A stretch of 64,000 bases of DNA from Sulfolobales archaeon (lineage in GTDB: Archaea > Thermoproteota > Thermoprotei_A > Sulfolobales > NBVN01), in the NCBI GenBank assembly GCA_038831135.1, contig JAWBKW010000005.1, positions 6,795-70,794 of the forward strand. Direction: 5' to 3'. Below are positions 57,320 through 64,000 of this stretch, in pieces (the stretch's first letter is position 1; every line of letters starts with the position of its first letter). The notes under the pieces are model-generated. The model worked only from the letters and a program-made list of their open reading frames with translations. It was not told the DNA's origin and did not search any database. Position numbers and translations under genes: made by a program.

Positions 57320-58597
57320 CTAAGAAATAAAGCTTATTTTAGTACTACCGAGAAACTTAGAATCTATTTTGAAGGTATATTTAACCTCGTTAAATCTGCT
57401 CCTAAATTCTATAACTTTCCTCTTAATTCCTTCAACATCCTTACGTTCTATAAGTAATTCCCTCATAAGTTGAGCGATCTCCTTGAAGTCTGACTCTACA
57501 GCACCGTATCTAGTCATTTCTTGAGTACCTAATCTTATACCGCTCGGGTTTTTAACAGCTTCTGGCGGATCCCAAGGAAGTAAATTCTTATTAACTATTA
57601 TATTAGCTGACTCAAGTTCCTGAGCCACCTTAGAACCACCACCTAATTCAGTTACATCAACTACTAACATATGTGATTTAGTAAACCCTAATTCCTCGGC
57701 TAAAACTTTAAAACCTTCAGAACTTAAAGACTCTGCAAAAGCTTTCGCATTCCTAATAACTTGCTCCGCATAATGTTCACCAAAATACTTCATTTCAATT
57801 GCTGTGACAGCCGTAGCTGGCAACCTATGTAGATGGTGATTACTTATAAACCAAGGAAATATAACTTTTGAGATCGCCTTATATAACTCGTTATTATCGG
57901 TGAATATTACACCCCCTTGAGGTCCTGGGAACGTCTTATGCGTTGATGAAGTACATACATCAGCGCCCTCATGTATAGGATTAGGCCATCTTTTACCAAC
58001 TATTAGACCTAGTACATGAGCCACATCATGAACTATGGATGCACCAACTTCATGTGCCGCGCTTGCGATTTCCTTAGTTGGGTGGGGAAATAAGTAAACA
58101 CTTGCACCTAATGTTACGAATTTAGGTCTTAATTCAAAGATCATTTTAATAGCTTTATCTATATCTATATTCCATCTCTCTTTATCGAAAGGCATCTCGA
58201 TATGCTCTATGCCTAAAGCACCTAACGTACCGAATTTTGTATGTGATACATGAGCACCGGCCTGAACAGGAGCTATTAAAGCCTTATCGCCTGGATTACC
58301 TAACACCCTAAACACTACAGCATTAGCTATAGTACCACTTACTGGTCTAGGTTCTACATAGCTAACATTAAGCAACGAACTAAGTAACTCTGAAACCATC
58401 TCCTCCACAACGTCCACGAATCTAGTTCCTTGATAATATCGCTTACCAGGTCTTCCCTCGGCATACCTATGCATCATATCGCTAAAATAGGCGGACTCAG
58501 CCAATGGAGACATAACGTTCTCAGAAGCAATTAGGTTTATACATTCAAAACCCCTCCACCTATTATGAGACCTAATAACATCAATTAAATTTATCAA
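57320..58597 (-). CDS. glyA: serine hydroxymethyltransferase
   Basis: 425 aa. LIASEN and the PLP-lysine region [13 protein letters not shown]. Confidence 0.93.
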   Translation of the reverse strand: MINLIDVIRSHNRWRGFECINLIASENVMSPLAESAYFSDMMHRYAEGRPGKRYYQGTRFVDVVEEMVSELLSSLLNVSYVEPRPVSGTIANAVVFRVLGNPGDKALIAPVQAGAHVSHTKFGTLGALGIEHIEMPFDKERWNIDIDKAIKMIFELRPKFVTLGASVYLFPHPTKEIASAAHEVGASIVHDVAHVLGLIVGKRWPNPIHEGADVCTSSTHKTFPGPQGGVIFTDNNELYKAISKVIFPWFISNHHLHRLPATAVTAIEMKYFGEHYAEQVIRNAKAFAESLSSEGFKVLAEELGFTKSHMLVVDVTELGGGSKVAQELESANIIVNKNLLPWDPPEAVKNPSGIRLGTQEMTRYGAVESDFKEIAQLMRELLIERKDVEGIKRKVIEFRSRFNEVKYTFKIDSKFLGSTKISFIS

Positions 58598-58678
58598 CTC
58601 GTTAGGTAGACTAATACAGCATCACCTAAACCCTTCAATCTTAACTTTCGTAAAAATATATACTTTATTTAATACCTA

Positions 58679-60430
58679 TTACAAAAAACCAACACTAAAC
58701 ATAGTAATTAATAATACAGCAAGGGTTAATATGGTTATTATGATGGAGTGCGTAAATCCAGCAGCTAAGATCGTCTGTGATGTTTTACCCGCTATTAATC
58801 CAGTAATGTATGAATTAATTATAGCACCAGTAGATAACGTCATAATTATTCCGGACAGCATTTCAGGCTGCGGCATTAGACTCGTTGATGAAGTTAACTG
58901 CCAAACAATCAATAATGGGGCTGAAGCAACCATTAACGCGCCAAAATAAGGAAGTAATACATACGCTCTTAAACTGCGTCTCAGCTCTTCCTCCGACTCC
59001 GCAAGACCTTGGGTGAAGCTAGCTAAAGAATCCATAATTTCAGGACTACCACCGCCATAAACTATAGAATCTACCAAGAATCTGAAAATTATTGCCAAGA
59101 ACCAATCCCTAACTTTCTTTATATTTCTAGCTAATGCCTTATCTAATGTAATACCCATAGCAAGCGCTGTAGCCGTTCTTTTAACTATAATCGATAAATT
59201 GCCGTAATCTCTTTCAGAAAGTGTTATAATACATTTTTCAGGACTTAATCCGGTCTTCCTCACCTCACTAAGGTCTCTTAAAAACTCTGCTAAAGACTTA
59301 ACCATACCTCTAGAACTCTTCATCTCTAATGTAAAAACAATTGATGGAGGAATTGAAAGAGTAAGTAACCCTACAGATAATGAAATAGCTATGATGACTG
59401 CGTCCCTAGGTTTAATAATTCCCTCAAATATGTGCATCGAACCCCCTATCACTATGACTGATAGAGATGCGAGAACCGCGAAAGGTACAGACATTAGGAG
59501 TATGTAGTATGGCAGCCTGATTGGTAACGAAGTCCTAGGATTGGAGATATGAACTAATACTAAAGTTAAGGCACCTAAACCAGGTAAAGCTACGGTGTTA
59601 TACAACATAGGCATTAAAGGATCCATGATAGTGCTTAGTCTTGGCCCACCTATGACAGACACCGCACCACTCACTGCAAAGAAAGTAAACATCGTTAAAG
59701 ACACTACAACACCTAAAATAATATAAATCTCGAGAAACGCAGCTAATCTCCCTATTATAGATTTTATCTCAGCTGATCTATTGGCTAAGGCCTCTCTCGT
59801 TTTAACTTCTAGGTAATGAACCACATCACCACCTGCACTAAGGGTCGTTACGTAACCCAACATTAGGTCCCTGAACTTACTGCTTGGATGCACATACGCT
59901 ACTTTCTCAATGGCTGAGAGCGGGCTCTCCCCGAACACCTTTACACGCCTCATAATTTCACTAGCCTCCCTACTGGAGAATCTAAATAGTTTGATCTTCG
60001 CAACCCTCTCTAAACATCTCTCAACGGTGACACCTCCTCTAGCCATAGTAGCTATATATGAAAGTAAGAAGGGCAGTTCCGAATCCACGTATAGTTTTCT
60101 AAATGAGGCGCTCAGAGACGGGTAGAGAAGCCCTATAGCAAATACTATCATGGATGCTATTAATGGAATAAATAAAATTATTATCTTAATTATTAGTGCG
60201 AATGGAATAAGAGCAATAATAGAGGAAACCAGAAATACTGAAAAAACACCAGTAAGTAAGGTAATTAGGAGAACCCTACAAGCATATATGTGTGGATGGG
60301 TATAAAAGCCGGCTGATTTGATGGCTCTATCTAATTCAAACGTCTTAGCTAAAGATTTCCCTAATTTCTCAAACAACGTTAATGCTAACGCGTCTATATA
60401 AATTCTTAAAATCGTTGCGAATTTCGCCAC
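58679..60430 (-). CDS. type IV pilus/archaellum-type membrane platform protein (FlaJ/TadC/GspF family)
   Basis: 583 aa, polytopic with two soluble loop domains. Overlaps the upstream ATPase gene stop by 1 nt. Confidence 0.75.
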   Translation of the reverse strand: MAKFATILRIYIDALALTLFEKLGKSLAKTFELDRAIKSAGFYTHPHIYACRVLLITLLTGVFSVFLVSSIIALIPFALIIKIIILFIPLIASMIVFAIGLLYPSLSASFRKLYVDSELPFLLSYIATMARGGVTVERCLERVAKIKLFRFSSREASEIMRRVKVFGESPLSAIEKVAYVHPSSKFRDLMLGYVTTLSAGGDVVHYLEVKTREALANRSAEIKSIIGRLAAFLEIYIILGVVVSLTMFTFFAVSGAVSVIGGPRLSTIMDPLMPMLYNTVALPGLGALTLVLVHISNPRTSLPIRLPYYILLMSVPFAVLASLSVIVIGGSMHIFEGIIKPRDAVIIAISLSVGLLTLSIPPSIVFTLEMKSSRGMVKSLAEFLRDLSEVRKTGLSPEKCIITLSERDYGNLSIIVKRTATALAMGITLDKALARNIKKVRDWFLAIIFRFLVDSIVYGGGSPEIMDSLASFTQGLAESEEELRRSLRAYVLLPYFGALMVASAPLLIVWQLTSSTSLMPQPEMLSGIIMTLSTGAIINSYITGLIAGKTSQTILAAGFTHSIIITILTLAVLLITMFSVGFL

Positions 60431-62031
60431 TACTTAACAACTCCTAAACTCTTTAACACATCGTTAGGGCTTACGTAGTACTTATATATGTACTTAGCTG
60501 ATTCTTTATATGACCTTATATTATTAGCTGCTAACTTTTCAAGAATCAACTTTTTAACTACTAAACTATCTAATACTTCTGAGAAAGTTCTGCCACTCAT
60601 TTCTGAAATCTTCTTCAAGAGATAACTATTATTGAAATCTGATTCAAATACGTCTTTAATCGGGTTCCATCTACTTATCTCTATATACTTGCCATGTTCG
60701 TCTATCTCCCATACATTGGTTATTCTCCTAGCGGGTCTGGGTCTACCTTCTTCATCTAATTTAGTAACCCTCTTTATTACCAATACAGCATTAATTAAGG
60801 GGATATAGGCCTGCGGAATATTCATAGGTGGTGATGTAAGTCTTTTAACAGCTGCGTCTATATTTTCGGCATGTAATGTTGTAATACCTGAGTGACCTGT
60901 GGCTACTGCCTGGAATAGGACGTAAGCCTCCTCACCTCTAACCTCACCAACTATTAAAACATCAGGTCTATACCTAAGTGCTATCTTAACTAATTGAAAA
61001 AGATCGATCTCCTTCGTCTCACCACCTGCTAAGTAAGAAGATCTTGAAACTAACTGCACCCAATTCTCCTGAGGTAATCTTATCTCAGGAGTATCCTCTA
61101 CAGTGACTATTTTATAAGTGGGTCTTAGTAACGTAGCTAAAGCGTTGAGAGTACTGGTTTTGCCAGCACCTGTAGACCCTAGAACTAATGTGGTCATCTT
61201 ATAATCCATTAACGTCCAGAAATATGCTGCTAATTCCGAAGATAACGTACCAAAGTTTATCATGTCTATGACTGTTATAGGATCTTCCCTAAACTTCCTT
61301 ACAGTGAAGGTGGATCCCTTAGCTGATACCTCATTTTGGAAGGTCGCTGCTACTCGGTGACCCCCCGGCAACATAGCGTCGAGTACGGGATACGCAACCG
61401 ATATATGCTTTCCAGACATGTGAGCTAACTTGAGGATGTAGCTATTTAATTCGGCCTCTGTTGGGAAGTATAAATTCGTTGGTATAGACTCGTACTTCCT
61501 ATGCCAGACATATATAGGCTTTCCATGACCGTTACATGAGATATCTTCAATATTAGGATCCTTAAATAATGGATCAAGGAACCCATAACCAAGGATCTCC
61601 CTTTCAACATAATACATCATCTTAGCCCAAGACAGTGTAGGAGTCCTCCCTAATTTCAATTGAAACATCCTCACAGCTCTCTTAGCATGTTTCTGGAAGT
61701 ATTCACGTATATCAGTATCACCCTTAGGAGGCTCTAACTCCCAAGTAAGGTAGTCAATAATATCTTTAAACACCTTAAGTTCCTGCTCATTTAAGGATAT
61801 CTCATCAACGTTGTAGATTATATCGCCGCTACGTAGATCCTCAATAATTATTGCCTCAACCCAAGGCTCGACCAACGAGTACTTATCTAATACCTTGATA
61901 TCCTGCCTCATATATATCTTAGATCTAGCGATTTTAGTTGAAGCTATATCAGTATCGTAAACAACTTCATTAGAAGGCTCTGTTTTAGGTTCCTTCTCTT
62001 TCTTAAAAACGTTCTTGAGGAAACTCACCAT
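60430..62031 (-). CDS. type II/IV secretion system ATPase (FlaI/PilB/TadA family)
   Basis: 533 aa. Walker A GSTGAGKTST, Asp/Walker B boxes TVEDTPE and VGEVRGEEA, His box ATGHSGITTLH. Confidence 0.88.
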   Translation of the reverse strand: MVSFLKNVFKKEKEPKTEPSNEVVYDTDIASTKIARSKIYMRQDIKVLDKYSLVEPWVEAIIIEDLRSGDIIYNVDEISLNEQELKVFKDIIDYLTWELEPPKGDTDIREYFQKHAKRAVRMFQLKLGRTPTLSWAKMMYYVEREILGYGFLDPLFKDPNIEDISCNGHGKPIYVWHRKYESIPTNLYFPTEAELNSYILKLAHMSGKHISVAYPVLDAMLPGGHRVAATFQNEVSAKGSTFTVRKFREDPITVIDMINFGTLSSELAAYFWTLMDYKMTTLVLGSTGAGKTSTLNALATLLRPTYKIVTVEDTPEIRLPQENWVQLVSRSSYLAGGETKEIDLFQLVKIALRYRPDVLIVGEVRGEEAYVLFQAVATGHSGITTLHAENIDAAVKRLTSPPMNIPQAYIPLINAVLVIKRVTKLDEEGRPRPARRITNVWEIDEHGKYIEISRWNPIKDVFESDFNNSYLLKKISEMSGRTFSEVLDSLVVKKLILEKLAANNIRSYKESAKYIYKYYVSPNDVLKSLGVVK

Positions 62032-62202
62032 ACCATTTTTTACCTAAAATAATATATGTGTAACGACCTTAATTAACATTACCTTAATGATTCCAAATCA
62101 AATAAAATTGCGTGCAAATTCTATCACGTAGTTTTACTTTACTAACTTATAAAGCAATAAACTTATTATTCTGACAATTAACAAGTTAGAGGGTCTAAGA
62201 AA

Positions 62203-63999
62203 TTGAAAATCATTTTAAAAGTATTGGAATCATACGCGTTACTGATTCTAACTCTGGTAATATTGTCGATTACACCACTCACCTTCTCAGGAAGTGATAC
62301 TTACTACACCGCTTACTCATACGAGTTAAGCTTAGATATGCAAGTTAATTATGTAGCCATCTTAACAAATGATGTGATAGCTGTTTTAGGTACATTAAAC
62401 GGTACTTCAGTAATTGAGGTAATTAACGTTTCAGAGACTTTCTCGCCGAGGACCCTCTTCACCTACCCGGTAACTGGTGTAGTAACGTCGTATTCTGTTG
62501 ATGGCTTCCCAGCAAAGTATATTGCGATAGGCACCGATGTTGGTGAGGTTATAGTATTTGCTATCAATAATGGTAGGCTCTACGAAAAACTTCATTATGT
62601 TCAAGGCGTAGATTTCTTTGTCGACACTGTCTATCTCCTCAGAACGCCAACTACGGTTAAGTTAGTAGCTTTAAGTATTAATAAGAAATTACCTTCGGAG
62701 AGATACGTCTACGTATTCGATATTAATACTAAGAGCGTCTTAAGGTTGGGTCCTACGGTAGGAAACCTCAGTAAGGTGTTAGAGGGTATAACGCCCCATA
62801 TTTTAGTGCCGGTTAAGGTTGTAAATAGTAGCGGATACTATTATGATGCCTCGAACGTTCTTATACCTTATACAGGACTTACTGCAACACTAGACGTAAG
62901 CGCCAAATACGTATATAATAACACGGAGTACCCTGCAAGTTCAGCATATGTAGAGATAACTCTATATGACGCGATAACACTTTCTAAAATATTCTCATAT
63001 AGTGTTAATCTAAACGAGGTGGGTGTAAAATCCACTATAGTACCGCTTGGATACTTCGTTGAGGTTCGTTTATACGATATTTACGGGAATACGTACAGAC
63101 ATACCGTAAATCTATCAGATATAAGAAGACCCGAAGCGATAAGGCTTGATTTTACTCTGCTATATAGACCTGACACCAAGAACGCTACCGAAGTATTACC
63201 GATGGGTATAAAGGTTGCCGACTTTAGCAAGGCGCCTGTAGATTTTGAGTTCTTACTTGACTTAGGTTTAGAAGGATATATGGGTACCCCACTTTATGCA
63301 TTCAGACCTTCAGATTTTAAAGACTATACATACATCGTTATAACAGAACACAGTAATTATGTTAACATAACATATCTCTATAAAGACTTAAGCCTCGTTA
63401 ATTTTATGCTCTACGATTATCTAGGATATGATGGGAAGAAGTTAAAGTTCGTTGATACCACCGCTGATGGTAAGTATGTAATAGCAGCATTAAGGGATGG
63501 GAGGGTTAAAACATACGCGTATAATGAGTTAACTAAGGTACATGAACTTCAGCAAGAGTATATCGCGCCAGGCGAGCCTCTAAACACTAAACTAGCCCAT
63601 ATAGGTGATAAAACTTACTACATCATTTACACAACTTCAGGCCTTCAGATACTGTCACTAGAACCACTTCAACTACCCCTCCTCAGATTTAACGCGTCAC
63701 TCACATATAAATTCCCAGAAGCTGTATTTGCTGACTCCTCCTTAGACCTTTCTCTAGTAGTGGTAGGTGGTGGTAGTAAATTATTAATAGTGAAAGACCT
63801 AAATAAGTACATAGAAACCTACGGAAATAAACCAATAGATATAGACTCTATTAAATTACCTTCATTAACATTAAACATATTAATGCCTAACGGTACTGGA
63901 GTATCAGGCGCAAAGGTAGTATTTACTTATGGAGGTTTAAGCAGGGAATTCATTAGCGATAGCGAAGGTAAGATAATACTAAGTAATATATTTCCGGGT
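62203..63999 (+). CDS. large secreted/surface protein, N-terminal part (runs off the window end)
   Basis: Not in the track. The frame is open from TTG 62203 to the window end (599 codons, checked by hand). It has an N-terminal signal/anchor KIILKVLESYALLILTLVILSITPL and recurring beta-strand repeats (IGTDVGEVIVFAINNGRL, AALRDGRVKTYAY, VVGGGSKLLIVKDL). The last visible segment (NGTGVSGAKVVFTYGG...SDSEGKIILSNIFPG) resembles a carboxypeptidase-regulatory-like domain. Confidence 0.6.
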   Translation, partial: MKIILKVLESYALLILTLVILSITPLTFSGSDTYYTAYSYELSLDMQVNYVAILTNDVIAVLGTLNGTSVIEVINVSETFSPRTLFTYPVTGVVTSYSVDGFPAKYIAIGTDVGEVIVFAINNGRLYEKLHYVQGVDFFVDTVYLLRTPTTVKLVALSINKKLPSERYVYVFDINTKSVLRLGPTVGNLSKVLEGITPHILVPVKVVNSSGYYYDASNVLIPYTGLTATLDVSAKYVYNNTEYPASSAYVEITLYDAITLSKIFSYSVNLNEVGVKSTIVPLGYFVEVRLYDIYGNTYRHTVNLSDIRRPEAIRLDFTLLYRPDTKNATEVLPMGIKVADFSKAPVDFEFLLDLGLEGYMGTPLYAFRPSDFKDYTYIVITEHSNYVNITYLYKDLSLVNFMLYDYLGYDGKKLKFVDTTADGKYVIAALRDGRVKTYAYNELTKVHELQQEYIAPGEPLNTKLAHIGDKTYYIIYTTSGLQILSLEPLQLPLLRFNASLTYKFPEAVFADSSLDLSLVVVGGGSKLLIVKDLNKYIETYGNKPIDIDSIKLPSLTLNILMPNGTGVSGAKVVFTYGGLSREFISDSEGKIILSNIFPG

Positions 64000-64000
64000 A

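Noticed and set aside
1-64000. Search for CRISPR arrays, cas genes, IS elements or transposases, integrases, prophage or toxin-antitoxin modules
   Set aside because: No regularly spaced direct repeats and no recognisable Cas, transposase or integrase motifs were seen. The only mobile-type element found is the RadA intein.

Overview
The window reads as a compact, core chromosomal region of a crenarchaeon (Thermoproteota). The signs are leaderless-style gene packing, frequent GTG/TTG starts, C1:G72 tRNA-Tyr, intron-containing tRNAs, and aIF/eS/eL ribosomal and translation genes. About 70 genes sit on both strands with very short spacers.

Most of the content is housekeeping:
- five aminoacyl-tRNA synthetases (His, Thr, Ile, Ser, Pro)
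- two conserved translation clusters (aIF2beta-DUF424-NMD3-aIF1A-Rio1-KH, and eS26 / eL44-eS27-aIF2alpha-Nop10)
- radA, PCNA, an Lhr-type helicase and a Clp1-like kinase
- the archaeal-type mevalonate genes (AcnX large and small subunits plus a UbiD-like decarboxylase)
- a tungsten AOR, a Znu/Tro-type metal ABC transporter, and lipid genes (CarS, a CDP-alcohol phosphatidyltransferase)

I saw no CRISPR array, cas gene, transposase or integrase.

Observations the ORF track does not explain:
1. A tRNA-Trp(CCA) gene interrupted by two introns (14 nt at 30/31 and 54 nt at 37/38), and a tRNA-Tyr with a 15-nt intron.
2. Three canonical-looking C/D box sRNA genes in intergenic spacers.
3. A 188-aa mini-intein splitting the RadA Walker A motif.
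4. Three conserved genes whose conserved N-terminus lies upstream of any ATG/GTG/TTG. One has an in-frame TAG at codon 3, and one has an ATA overlapping the upstream stop codon.
5. A strongly A+C-rich, T-poor block of about 0.9 kb that straddles the junction of two pilin-like genes with class III signal peptides.
6. A membrane-anchored HerA/VirB4-like ATPase followed by a small highly charged protein, a possible DNA-translocation module.
7. A FlaI/FlaJ-type ATPase and platform pair divergent from a large secreted repeat protein.

No single clearly novel system stands out.

All functional calls rest on motif recognition by eye. No homology searches or RNA folding programs were run.
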